IMG/VR virus record: IMGVR_UViG_3300005512_000020
Span: 5,287-69,286 of that record
DNA: 64,000 bases
From: a virus
Taxonomy: Duplodnaviria; Caudoviricetes
Reading direction: 5' to 3' (one strand)
The first letter of the stretch is position 1. The number at the start of each line of letters is the position of its first letter. The translations under genes were made by a program, and so were the position numbers. The notes beneath the pieces were generated by a model, which was not told the DNA's origin, made no database searches, and saw nothing but the letters and a program-made list of their open reading frames with translations. Positions 17,687 through 27,351 of this stretch are shown here, in pieces.

Positions 17687-17733
17687 AAACCCTCCCAAAA
17701 GCAGGTAAAACTGCCCTTTGGGAGGGTTTATTA
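17687..17733 (+). terminator. Hairpin/intrinsic terminator after the scaffold gene
   Basis: AAACCCTCCCAAA...TTTGGGAGGGTTT 13-bp inverted repeat. Confidence 0.55.
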
Positions 17734-17734
17734 T

Positions 17735-17756
17735 GTGACGCCATATATTATGTAAC
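17735..17756. promoter_or_regulatory. 22-bp operator before the major capsid gene
   Basis: GTGAC GCCA TATA TTAT GTAAC, 5 nt before the ATG. Confidence 0.65.
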
Positions 17757-17761
17757 TCGTT

Positions 17762-19402
17762 ATGTCACTTTTAGATCAATGCAATCCAAGGTTCATCCAG
17801 GTTGAAGACAGCTGCGGATGCGCTGTCACACGTGCGAACATTGTCGCAATGAAGCCTTCCGACTTTGAGGCCAATTTCTGGAAAGAAACAGGCATGGAGA
17901 AGGTTGTTGCCAACACTAAGATGGCTCGCATGGCGGGTGTTCCTCAGAAATCCCTGACGGATCTTCTGCTTTCTCGGACGGTCCCTATGAACCAGAAAAC
18001 TCTGGACAATCGCGGTTCCGTGATTCAGCCATGGGTTTACGTCCCGCAGGAAACCGCCGTCAACGCCAATCACTGGGAAGTGAAAGCTGGTGGAGCACAC
18101 CCCGGCGCAGGTTCCGGTGGTATTCACCCTGGCGCATGGCAGTTGACTGTGCATAACGAAGCTGGAGAGTTTGGTTCGGCCCTTACCGACATCTATCGAT
18201 ACTTCCGCCCTGGCCAATACATCTACGTTTTCTATCGTGACGGCTCCAACAACAGCCAGCGAGTGATGTTCAAGATCCTTGATGCTGTTGACGCGACTTC
18301 TGGAGGAGTTACTAAGGCAACGGTTTCCGTGGAGCCAAACGTGAACAGCACCACCTGGGCTGGTTACAGTTCGGGCGCAAAAGCGCCGTGGCAACCAACC
18401 GCTGGTTTGGCGATCATTCTTGCGAACAGTGTCAGTGATTATGAATCTCACTGTTACAATGCTCCGGTTGAAAACCCTAACAAGCTCAAAGCTTTCTGGT
18501 GGCAAACCTCTCGCAGGACTTTCTGCTACAACGATGAGTATGTAAAGGCACTGGAAGCCCCGCTTGTCAGCGACTTCTTCCGTAAGTTCCGCACGATGCC
18601 CTTGGTTGAGCAGCGTCGCAAGCAGGAAGCCCGGTATGAGCTGGAATGGTATAACACCATTTTCTTCGGTGATGTCATCGACGACAAGCAGACCGTGGAA
18701 ACATACACGTCCCTGCCTCAAGTCACTGATCCAGCCAATCCAAGCTGCTTGCTGGAATACAAGGCCAACACCATCGGCATCATCACTCAGCTGAATGATT
18801 GTGCTCGCGTTACAGACCTTGCCAACGCCGCGCTTGATTTGGGTGTATTGTTTCAGAACCTTTACTCGCTGAAACGTCAGCGTTCTGCGGGTGGAGCAGT
18901 GATCAAGGAGATCGAGTGCTTTACGGATCGATTCACCAAGATGGCACTGACTGAGGCTCTGGTGAAATACTTACGCCTTGAATACGGTGTGACCTGGAAC
19001 CAGAACTACGAGCCAGGACAGCGCCGTGAAATCAACGGCATGGTGTATTTCGAGTGGACCGACTTCTACATTCCTGAAATCGGTGTCACCTTCCGAATCA
19101 TCCAGAACGATGGATTCGACGACTTCCTCGCCGCTGCCCCGAGTGCTCACGCATCTGCGGCTCGCTGGATGATGATGATCGATTGGAGCGACATTGAGAT
19201 CGGTATGGCTGGAGCCAAGTCCGTGAAACGACAAACCAATTTGGCTGACAATCTGTATAACTGCGTGATCACTCCGGTCGCCAACCATTACGAGTTGTTC
19301 AGTCAAACCTACACAGTGATGATCGGAGACCCGAACCGTCACTTGGTTTACACGAACTTCAACAACGCAACCTGCCCGACAATTCCTAGCCAACTGTGCT
19401 AA
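17762..19402 (+). CDS. Major capsid protein
   Basis: 546 aa after the scaffold, own promoter and terminator. HK97-like C-terminal TYTVMIGDPNRH. Confidence 0.7.
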   Translation: MSLLDQCNPRFIQVEDSCGCAVTRANIVAMKPSDFEANFWKETGMEKVVANTKMARMAGVPQKSLTDLLLSRTVPMNQKTLDNRGSVIQPWVYVPQETAVNANHWEVKAGGAHPGAGSGGIHPGAWQLTVHNEAGEFGSALTDIYRYFRPGQYIYVFYRDGSNNSQRVMFKILDAVDATSGGVTKATVSVEPNVNSTTWAGYSSGAKAPWQPTAGLAIILANSVSDYESHCYNAPVENPNKLKAFWWQTSRRTFCYNDEYVKALEAPLVSDFFRKFRTMPLVEQRRKQEARYELEWYNTIFFGDVIDDKQTVETYTSLPQVTDPANPSCLLEYKANTIGIITQLNDCARVTDLANAALDLGVLFQNLYSLKRQRSAGGAVIKEIECFTDRFTKMALTEALVKYLRLEYGVTWNQNYEPGQRREINGMVYFEWTDFYIPEIGVTFRIIQNDGFDDFLAAAPSAHASAARWMMMIDWSDIEIGMAGAKSVKRQTNLADNLYNCVITPVANHYELFSQTYTVMIGDPNRHLVYTNFNNATCPTIPSQLC

Positions 19403-19450
19403 GCAGGTAGCTGACATTCTTTGTCTCGTCCGTGTGTGACAAAGCCCACG

Positions 19451-19489
19451 ACCCCCGATTGGTTTCCTTGGACCAGTCGGGGGTTTCTT
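19451..19489 (+). terminator. Intrinsic terminator after the capsid gene
   Basis: ACCCCCGA...TCGGGGGT followed by TTCTT. Confidence 0.65.
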
Positions 19490-19504
19490 GCGTCAAGAAA
19501 TGTC

Positions 19505-19536
19505 TTGCCAAAAGGAAACACTATGTGTAGCGTAAC
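19505..19536 (+). promoter_or_regulatory. Promoter with 22-bp operator
   Basis: TTGCCA-N17-TAGCGT. GAAAC ACTA TGTG TAGC GTAAC. Confidence 0.65.
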
Positions 19537-19544
19537 AAAAGCAT

Positions 19545-19976
19545 ATGAGTGCGACAAAATACTTTCACACCGGAAACGCATCACGTCCTTATCGAGTCGG
19601 CGCAAACCTTGTTAAGTTTGAGCTTGCGGGAAGAAACGGCACAGCTTGGGAAGGAATCCTGGAAACAGATGATGCCGAGATTATTTCAGGCCTGAAAACA
19701 TTGGAGTCTGAAGGGCATTCTGCAATCCGTGAAATTGAGAAGTCGGTTTACGATGATCTCAAAAAAAAAGCGGTATCGTTGAAATCAGGCGAAACAGTTC
19801 GCCTAATGCCCAGTCCAGCATTCGCGCAACCCAACCAACGCGCAAGTGCGGTGCATGCGGCGGTGGAAGGCGCACCTGATCGGGAGCAGGAACCCGCCCC
19901 CACCAAGACCATCGATGAGCTGATCAAGACAGACAAGGTCAAAGCCAAAGAAGGCGACGACAAGATCCCCTCGTAA
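19545..19976 (+). CDS. Hypothetical virion-module protein with internal A9 run
   Basis: 143 aa after the capsid gene. Confidence 0.7.
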   Translation: MSATKYFHTGNASRPYRVGANLVKFELAGRNGTAWEGILETDDAEIISGLKTLESEGHSAIREIEKSVYDDLKKKAVSLKSGETVRLMPSPAFAQPNQRASAVHAAVEGAPDREQEPAPTKTIDELIKTDKVKAKEGDDKIPS

Positions 19977-19991
19977 CACGGTTGTTCTCTT

Positions 19992-21665
19992 ATGAAAAAC
20001 ACTTGGTCAAGATTCTTTAATAATGTCAAGACGCTCATGGCGGGTGATTACGATATCGCCAACCTGAGCGACTGGATGCTTGCCCAGGTGAGACAAGGGG
20101 TGATCGACATACAGGATACGGTGGATTTTTACCGCGTCGGTCACACAACTGTTTTCAAGCCCTGCGACCTTGACGTTCTCCAACAAGCCAGCCGAGGTTG
20201 CCTTGATCATACTCTGGAAAGCATCCGTCGGGTCGAAATTGTAAAAGATGATGATGATTGCCAGCGGCGACTGGTCTGGCTGGAGCCGTGGAGTGATCGC
20301 AGGGAACTTATTTGCGGGTGCCGACAAGCCTCTGACTTTGCTGGTATCTCCTTTGATCTTTCTCGCGGGGAGTTCTACATCAACCCAGTTATACCAGAGG
20401 GATACATCCTTGAGATTGAGTGGAATGGCCTGAAGCGAACCTTCGGGGATGATGATTGCGTGCCATTTGACGAGCAGATGGCTGGCGTGATCAAGGATTA
20501 TCTTTTATGGCAAATCAAGAAGCAGATCGACCATGACCTACCGGAGGCGCAGAGACTTGAGGTTGATTACAGAAGGTCCAGGCTTGCGCTGTATCGCGCA
20601 TCCATCCGGCGGCAAAAGCTTCAGGATAACATTTATGCTGAAGGAAGAAGTGAGTGCGCCCGTTGTTGGGAGATTGCGCCATGCACAGAGATTTCCTCAA
20701 CAGAAAGCCATAGCGTGACATTCGTTGCATTTGGTGATTCAGGCATGACATCGTCTGGCGCTGAAACTGAAGTGGCCTCACCTACTGCGCCTTACGCAAC
20801 GATTACTGTTCCGAATTATTACGCTCAGATCCAGCAGCGTGTTGCTGACTTGGTAGACGTGATTGATCCCGACTTCCTGTTGCTTCTCGGAGACCTGAAC
20901 TACCCATCGGGCGCAAAGGATACACTTGATGACAATCTGATTGATTATTTCGAGGATTACATCCCGAACTCTCAAGGGTTTATTGATGGAGACCTGACCG
21001 CAACCACGGTTGCCAGCGGCTACACTGTGCTTGACTCGACTTCTGGAGGTAAGTCCGCATACCCAGTTTGGGGCAACCATGATCTCGGGGCTCAGGAAGA
21101 TGGTGTTTGGGGTGGTCCGTTGATGGCGTTGTTCCCTGAGATATCCGACCTGAACAACGGGAAGCGATACTACGATTTCGTGAAGGGTGATGCTCACTTT
21201 TTTGTTCTTAACTCTGATGAATCCGAGACCGCAGGAAAAGAAGAGGATGGCATCGATATAAGCAGCAAGCAATACAGCTGGTTTACTGAGGCGGTCAAAG
21301 CGTCAACTGCTCGCTGGAAGATTGTCCTTGTCCATCGCCCCCCTTACACTTCCGATGAATCCCATCAGTTTGGGTCAGTCAAGATGCGTTGGCCTTTCGA
21401 CATGCACGGCATAGACCTCGTCTTGTCCGGTCACGCTCATGCGTATGAACGCATCTATGCTGACTATGTTTTACTTAATGTGGGAACAGGCGGCGCACCT
21501 TTGAGAAACTTCGGGCGCACCTCACCAGAAATCAAGAAGCGTTACAACCTTCGCCACGGTGTTCTGAAGGGTGAAATCTGTTACGACAAGATCACTCTTG
21601 AGTTCTGGAACATCGACAATAAAAAAATTGACTGCGTAACCCTGAAGAAAGATTGCAACCAATGA
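19992..21665 (+). CDS. Head-tail adaptor-like domain fused to a purple-acid-phosphatase-type metallophosphoesterase
   Basis: C-terminal FGDSG, LLLGDLNY, WGNHD, VHRPPY, LSGHAHAYER. N-terminal ~215 aa adaptor-like (FYINPVIPEGYILEIEW...VPFDEQMAGVIKDY). Confidence 0.8.
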   Translation: MKNTWSRFFNNVKTLMAGDYDIANLSDWMLAQVRQGVIDIQDTVDFYRVGHTTVFKPCDLDVLQQASRGCLDHTLESIRRVEIVKDDDDCQRRLVWLEPWSDRRELICGCRQASDFAGISFDLSRGEFYINPVIPEGYILEIEWNGLKRTFGDDDCVPFDEQMAGVIKDYLLWQIKKQIDHDLPEAQRLEVDYRRSRLALYRASIRRQKLQDNIYAEGRSECARCWEIAPCTEISSTESHSVTFVAFGDSGMTSSGAETEVASPTAPYATITVPNYYAQIQQRVADLVDVIDPDFLLLLGDLNYPSGAKDTLDDNLIDYFEDYIPNSQGFIDGDLTATTVASGYTVLDSTSGGKSAYPVWGNHDLGAQEDGVWGGPLMALFPEISDLNNGKRYYDFVKGDAHFFVLNSDESETAGKEEDGIDISSKQYSWFTEAVKASTARWKIVLVHRPPYTSDESHQFGSVKMRWPFDMHGIDLVLSGHAHAYERIYADYVLLNVGTGGAPLRNFGRTSPEIKKRYNLRHGVLKGEICYDKITLEFWNIDNKKIDCVTLKKDCNQ

Positions 21666-21991
21666 GTAGTAGCTCTTGCCCGAATTGTTCATCTGTAAAC
21701 TGCCAATGCCAAGAGGTGGTCATTAACGAGACCAACCCCAACAAATCAGGGCATCACTATGTCGATACGGTGAGTGACCTTCGTAACGTCCCGTTTTCCG
21801 CGTTGAATAGGGTTGCGTTTGTTTTTGGCCGTGAAGCTGCGTTTGATAGCAACGGTGGAGTTTGGGGGTGGGATCAGAACTCGACAGGGGTGGATGATGG
21901 GACGGCTGCTTCTGAATACGTGGCCCCGTTTAATATCGGTGGAGGACAGGGGAGATGGCGGCGGCTGAATCCATTGATTTCAGCCTCATGA
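21653..21991 (+). CDS. Small protein with tailspike N-terminal-type domain
   Basis: VDTVSDLR...GGVWGWD...DDG...GRWRR. Confidence 0.6.
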   Translation: MQPMSSSSCPNCSSVNCQCQEVVINETNPNKSGHHYVDTVSDLRNVPFSALNRVAFVFGREAAFDSNGGVWGWDQNSTGVDDGTAASEYVAPFNIGGGQGRWRRLNPLISAS

Positions 21992-21998
21992 TAATTTT

Positions 21999-22844
21999 AT
22001 GACCAAATGGCAAAAACACACACGGACAGACCTTGCCAGATTTTCAGACCATTTAAAGCGAGACAGGATAAACATTCTCTGTCCGTCTGGAATCGGGGAT
22101 CTGTATTGGATTTACTCAAAGTTTGCTCACTTGAAAGATGAAGCAATCTTCTGGTTTCCGGGGGAAGAAAACCGTAGAGCTGGCCCATTGGCCGATATCT
22201 TTGGATTAACTTACGGCTACCTGCCTGGTCTGACTACAGACTTTGTATGGTCTCAGCCAGGTAACGATCCTGTTGACGGACGCAGAACGCTAGTTGTTCA
22301 CGCAAACCGCCACCTTGAAGCTGGAAAGCATCTTACGGATTGGTATCCAGAGTTTGACCTGCAATACCACAATGTAAACTCCGGTTACACGCCGCCTATA
22401 AATTCCAGCTACATTTGTTTGTTCACGTGCGGACACCACTACATGGGTGGTCAACTTCACTCGACTGTGTGGGCAAATATTGTGAAGTGCCTGATTCAGT
22501 CCACTGGAAAGAAGGTGGTTTTGCTTGGGGCTGGAAGCGATGTTCCGTTATGCAGGGAGATTGAGACAACTTACCCACAATACGGATCATGTATCGGGGT
22601 TTATGATCGCCCATTATCCGAAGTGTTCGGGTGGATTTTAGGATGTGACACTATGGTTAGCGTAGCGTCAGGGTTCTCAATCATATCCACTTGCGTTGGT
22701 GTCCCAACGATTACCGGATACCCAAGGCACCTGGATAAACTTCCAGGAACATTTGAGCCACTAGATGCCATTTGCGAAGACATGTTTCTGGACGAGTTGC
22801 CAGATTACATATTCAACTTCAAGCACAACGATTTAATGCTGTAA
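21999..22844 (+). CDS. Glycosyltransferase, GT9-like
   Basis: ILCPSGIGDLYW...CDTMVSVASGFSIISTCVGVPTI. Confidence 0.72.
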   Translation: MTKWQKHTRTDLARFSDHLKRDRINILCPSGIGDLYWIYSKFAHLKDEAIFWFPGEENRRAGPLADIFGLTYGYLPGLTTDFVWSQPGNDPVDGRRTLVVHANRHLEAGKHLTDWYPEFDLQYHNVNSGYTPPINSSYICLFTCGHHYMGGQLHSTVWANIVKCLIQSTGKKVVLLGAGSDVPLCREIETTYPQYGSCIGVYDRPLSEVFGWILGCDTMVSVASGFSIISTCVGVPTITGYPRHLDKLPGTFEPLDAICEDMFLDELPDYIFNFKHNDLML

Positions 22845-22849
22845 CTATT

Positions 22850-24394
22850 ATGGGCCGAGAAGATGGGTTTTTGTTGGTGATTCAGACGTGGCACAGACCA
22901 GATTATCTGGAGTTGCTGCTGGATCAGGTTATGCAGTTTACAAAGACTAAGTTTGAGTTAGTGGTTTCAACCGCTGATGAGGACGAGGAAGCTATTCGTA
23001 TCTGTGAGGAACGAGGAGTGACCTGCTTTCACTCCCTTGACAGAGGGGTTGGCAGATCGCGCAATCAGGGCTACTGGTATTTTTGGGAGCATACTCAATA
23101 CGATGTTGTGATCATGCTGGAGGATGATTGCCGCGTATGGGAAGTCGGATGGGAGGAGGAATGGATTGCTGCTGCCAATCGATGGGGAATGATCTGCTAC
23201 GCATACAATAACAAAAAGGAATCACGCGGCAACAATCGGTGGGATGACCCAATCTGGACAACAGATTACGGCTTTCATGCAACAGCATTCAACCGGGGCG
23301 CAATGTCTCTTGTAGGGTTTTCTGATCCAGTGTTTGGTGGTTATGGGTTTGATGACACTGAACTTGCGTGGAGATATTACCGCGCTCTCCGAGCTGAAGG
23401 GTCTTGGGCTGGACAGCCGTTACAGTGCCACCCCTGTTTAAGCTGTCACATAGGAGTTCTTTTTGATCATTCATTCTTCAACCCAACAACCTTTAATGAA
23501 AACCAAAAGCTTCTCAAGAAGATACAGGCCGACCCTAAATCTCCGGTAGGCAAATGGTATCCATGGATAAGCCCGTCAGATCGGGAGCTTTTCCTAAGCG
23601 GGATACGACCACACATCCCCAAAAGCAACACCAATAAGCCTGGTAAATGCGTTTTCTGCGGCGGAAACGGGCGTGAGATAGGGCGAAAAGACGGATACCC
23701 GCTTCGTTCGTGCCACGGATTGACGATGTCATTCCCATACAAGAGTGAAGCAGAGTATGAGTCCATCTATACTGAAGGCGAATACCATGACAAGATCCAG
23801 GAGCAGGAGGGTCAGCTTGATTACTGGAGCAGGGATAAGGATCTGCTGATTGCCTCGGAGTCCAGGATGAAGCTTTTACGGGCGATGGGAATTGCCGAGT
23901 GGGGTAACAAATTTCTGGATGTAGGAGCCGGAACTGGTGCGCTTGTCCACAAGGCACACGAACACGGACTGAAGTCTCTCGGGGTAGACCCGTCTGAGAG
24001 AGTTGTTCTCGAAGCGAAAGCCAAAGGCAGGACGATGCAAGTGGGTGACGCTTACAATCTGCCTGACGGAGATTGGGACGTGATCTACATGTCTGATGTG
24101 TTTGAGCATTTAACACGACCAAAGGAAGCTTTAAGAACCGCATGGGATCACCTCGCAAAAGATGGCACGCTTATCATAGAGATGCCCGAGGAAGGGTGTC
24201 CCCAAGCTCAGCAGCAGGGAATGAAATGGAGGCACTATCGCCCAACTCAACATGTCTACCTGTATAACGAGGGCGCGATCAGGTCGCTTGCTGTTCGTTA
24301 TGGATTCTATGTTGAAGCCGTTACAAGGCCATTGAGGGGATCTATCGGTAAGTTTGTGGTCTATTTAAGGAAGACAGAATCTAGCCTCCAATAA
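22850..24394 (+). CDS. GT2 glycosyltransferase fused to a class I SAM methyltransferase
   Basis: GT-A: VIQTWHRPDYL, GVGRSRNQG, MLEDDC, YGFDDTEL. CVFCG...SC knuckle. MTase: FLDVGAGTG, DVIYMSDVFEHL. Start MGREDG at 22850. Confidence 0.82.
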   Translation: MGREDGFLLVIQTWHRPDYLELLLDQVMQFTKTKFELVVSTADEDEEAIRICEERGVTCFHSLDRGVGRSRNQGYWYFWEHTQYDVVIMLEDDCRVWEVGWEEEWIAAANRWGMICYAYNNKKESRGNNRWDDPIWTTDYGFHATAFNRGAMSLVGFSDPVFGGYGFDDTELAWRYYRALRAEGSWAGQPLQCHPCLSCHIGVLFDHSFFNPTTFNENQKLLKKIQADPKSPVGKWYPWISPSDRELFLSGIRPHIPKSNTNKPGKCVFCGGNGREIGRKDGYPLRSCHGLTMSFPYKSEAEYESIYTEGEYHDKIQEQEGQLDYWSRDKDLLIASESRMKLLRAMGIAEWGNKFLDVGAGTGALVHKAHEHGLKSLGVDPSERVVLEAKAKGRTMQVGDAYNLPDGDWDVIYMSDVFEHLTRPKEALRTAWDHLAKDGTLIIEMPEEGCPQAQQQGMKWRHYRPTQHVYLYNEGAIRSLAVRYGFYVEAVTRPLRGSIGKFVVYLRKTESSLQ

Positions 24395-24398
24395 CGCC

Positions 24399-24426
24399 TT
24401 GATCCCAAAAAGACCTACCCCATAAT
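24399..24426 (+). promoter_or_regulatory. Possible promoter for tail genes
   Basis: TTGATC-N16-CATAAT, 6 nt before the GTG start. Confidence 0.45.
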
Positions 24427-24432
24427 GTTATC

Positions 24433-27351
24433 GTGTCAACAAAATCGATCACCATACGCCCTAGAGACGGAGGGCGGCTTGCTTCAGGTGTTAGCACGGA
24501 TAGCGCAGGGTTAGCGGATTACTCAATCAAGCGCAACTTCCGACGCACCCTTGACGGAGAGCGGAGGCGGGAGGGTTACGATTACTTGTGGGCGAACCGT
24601 TCAGACGATGAAGGCAAGACGTTCTCAACAAACCCAGGGGATCAGCCTTTTCCTGGTCGGGCTACTCTTGTCAATGTTTACGCGACTACATTCCGAGGAT
24701 CAGACATGAGGGGGTTTGCTGACCTGGTTTCCGGTCAGGCCCACTTGTTCCAGGTGGGTGAGAAGGTGCGCGTTTCTTACGGGAACTCACTGTCTGATGG
24801 TGTTTACACGGTTCTTGATGTGCGCGAAGATGTATGCCGAACCCGATTAACATTGGACTTGAGCGGCACTCATTGGGCTTCTTCGGATTACTACTCAACC
24901 TCTACAGGCGATTCGTCCGTGTCGATGGGCTCAATCTGGAGCGAGGAGCCCGTGACTATGGTTCACATGGCAACAAGGCCGAACGGAAGGAAGGCGTTAA
25001 TTGTTGGCACACGGCCACGGATCTACCGGTTCTTAGCCCTTGAGCAGACTGGTTACGTTGATCCAGCAGCGGAATACATTGATACAGGTGACGCCAACTA
25101 TCCGTATTGGGATGGCAACCCTGGAGAGTGGATTGTCATTGCAAATGGTTTCTCCATGAACGCTCAGCGGTGGGAGGCAGTATCAATTAACGGCTGGTCA
25201 GTGTTCAACAACGGGGTTGATTTGCCCCACTCATACAGAGTGGAGGACGCGCAAGCTCACCCACTGTATGAGCTAAGGGAGCAAGGCGTCGCTTCGGTTG
25301 GATGTATTGCTGAATACGGAGGAACCTTGTTTTGTGGCAACATCAAAGAAATCAAGTCCAGTTACCTTGAGATTTTGTTTACGCCAGACGGGGTTGATTA
25401 CTCGCCTAGATCGGTTGCTTCCCAGTCAGGAACCACGGTCACTCTCAGTAATGATTGCGGATTTATCTTTGAGGCATCCGATGTTGGTAAGGTGATCATC
25501 TACTCTACAGGTGAGCAAGCGGAGATTACAGCTTTCATCAGCGAAACACAGGTAACCGTTGATACTGAGCACGCGATTGATAGGGCTGGATTTAAGGTTT
25601 ATTGTCAGGCGTCACAGACTGGTGTCACTAGGTCAAGCGGCATAACCATGACCAAGATCACTAATATGATCATTGCGTCTGACGCGATCTTTGACGCATC
25701 TATGGTCGGGGATAAGATTCGGGTTCTGGATGGCAGGGTTTACACTATTACTATTTACGTTTCGCCAACAATGGTTCGCGTGGATACGTTTGGGGCCAAC
25801 ATTCCAGACCCAATACTATTCTCGATCATTCATACAGGTGACAGCGATAGGGTCAGGGCCGGATGTGACATCTTCACATCGTGCATGGTTGGCAGGTATC
25901 TGGCGTGGGAAAATACCGGAGAGGTTCGCAGGATCACTGAATACATCAGCCCCACAGAGGTTGCGGTTAGTCAGCTGAACGCGATACCGGAAGGGCCGTT
26001 CTACATCGTGAGTGAGGATGCTTACAGGAGGTTTGAGGACGCATCGCAGATCAACCAGATTAGCTGGCGCACTTTATGGTCTGACTACGAGAAACCGACA
26101 CGATTCTACCCGTCTGTCGTAGCGGGGGCAACCGAAGGATCACGTGAGATCAAACTGAATGTGCCATCCAAAGCGTTTCAGGCTGGCGACTCTATTCTGA
26201 TTGCTGGCGCAGGTGAGGGCGGGGGGAACCTGACAGCAACAGTCAGATACGTTGTTGCAGATCGGTTCATCAGGCTGAGCACTGAAGTCAAGACGACAAC
26301 ATCGGTTGCAGTGGTTCAGCATTCCGATGCTGCGGGGTCGATCGTGGGATACGAGGACATACAGGACGACAGCTCGGGGATCATTAAGATGCTGGAGCTG
26401 GAATCAACACTTGTGATTTACAAGGACACATCCATCTTCCTGGTCAACCAGTCAAGCAGCAATGATGCTCCCTATGTGTTCCGGTTAAGGAAGATCCCGA
26501 AGTCGCACTCGTTGTATTTCAGGAACACTCTGGTTTTGGTGGATAGTAAATACCACCTTTACGCAGGCAAGAACAGCTTCTACAGGTTTGACCTATCACT
26601 ACAACGGCCTGTGGAAGATGTGCCGTCTGAGCTGTGCAAGGATTCGTTTTACCATAATGCCACGCTCGCAGGAACGCATGACGTGTGGAGTGCGGTTAAT
26701 GCTTTAACGAAAGAAGTGTTCATGGTGGTCGTCGGAGCTGGTAACGATACTGCTCTCTGCTTTGATTACCTCTACGGGACAGCGTCCACTTCAGACGCAG
26801 CGATCAGTGCAGCAGCTACGGTTAAGAGGCCGAAGGGGAGCGCATTGACAGGTGAGACTGAGGACTGGTTTGTAATGGGAACGGACGATGGATGCATTCT
26901 CGTTTACGGTAAAGCAAATGAACCCGTTGATTCGTGGGGTGATGTGAAGGAGATATTCTACCGAAGATCCGGTTATCCGTTTGCGAGCCCAACACAATCG
27001 TATGACAGCATCATGCGAACAGGTCTCGGAGATTTCGGGTCACCGTATATGCACAAGATCCTTAGAGCAATCCAGGTCCAGGTTTCAAGCAAGTCGGGGA
27101 TTCATCCAATTAAACTGATGCCAATCGGAGCCGAAGCTCCCTCCGCAGGTGTAACGCAACTCATGGCGTCACATTTTGAGCTTGATAAACCTGATGTTGC
27201 CAATAGAGTAAACCTATACTTCCGGGGGTATTTCTTCGGTGATGAAATCAAGGTTGAAGGCAAGGATAACGCGGTGGAAATAGTGAGTAAGACATATGAA
27301 TACACGGCAGAACGGACAAACGGAACCAACATGACAGCTAAGGCAACCTAA
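24433..27351 (+). CDS. Tail nozzle/DNA stabilization protein (P22 gp10/T7 gp12-like)
   Basis: 972 aa, beta-propeller-like C-terminus (LVIYKDTSIF, FYRFD), in position before ejection genes. Confidence 0.65.
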   Translation: MSTKSITIRPRDGGRLASGVSTDSAGLADYSIKRNFRRTLDGERRREGYDYLWANRSDDEGKTFSTNPGDQPFPGRATLVNVYATTFRGSDMRGFADLVSGQAHLFQVGEKVRVSYGNSLSDGVYTVLDVREDVCRTRLTLDLSGTHWASSDYYSTSTGDSSVSMGSIWSEEPVTMVHMATRPNGRKALIVGTRPRIYRFLALEQTGYVDPAAEYIDTGDANYPYWDGNPGEWIVIANGFSMNAQRWEAVSINGWSVFNNGVDLPHSYRVEDAQAHPLYELREQGVASVGCIAEYGGTLFCGNIKEIKSSYLEILFTPDGVDYSPRSVASQSGTTVTLSNDCGFIFEASDVGKVIIYSTGEQAEITAFISETQVTVDTEHAIDRAGFKVYCQASQTGVTRSSGITMTKITNMIIASDAIFDASMVGDKIRVLDGRVYTITIYVSPTMVRVDTFGANIPDPILFSIIHTGDSDRVRAGCDIFTSCMVGRYLAWENTGEVRRITEYISPTEVAVSQLNAIPEGPFYIVSEDAYRRFEDASQINQISWRTLWSDYEKPTRFYPSVVAGATEGSREIKLNVPSKAFQAGDSILIAGAGEGGGNLTATVRYVVADRFIRLSTEVKTTTSVAVVQHSDAAGSIVGYEDIQDDSSGIIKMLELESTLVIYKDTSIFLVNQSSSNDAPYVFRLRKIPKSHSLYFRNTLVLVDSKYHLYAGKNSFYRFDLSLQRPVEDVPSELCKDSFYHNATLAGTHDVWSAVNALTKEVFMVVVGAGNDTALCFDYLYGTASTSDAAISAAATVKRPKGSALTGETEDWFVMGTDDGCILVYGKANEPVDSWGDVKEIFYRRSGYPFASPTQSYDSIMRTGLGDFGSPYMHKILRAIQVQVSSKSGIHPIKLMPIGAEAPSAGVTQLMASHFELDKPDVANRVNLYFRGYFFGDEIKVEGKDNAVEIVSKTYEYTAERTNGTNMTAKAT

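Noticed and set aside
17771-18721. Long antisense ORFs over structural and replication genes (also 16173-16577, 44605-45039, 60646-61380)
   Set aside because: They are shadows of well-supported genes on the other strand, with no motifs or RBS.
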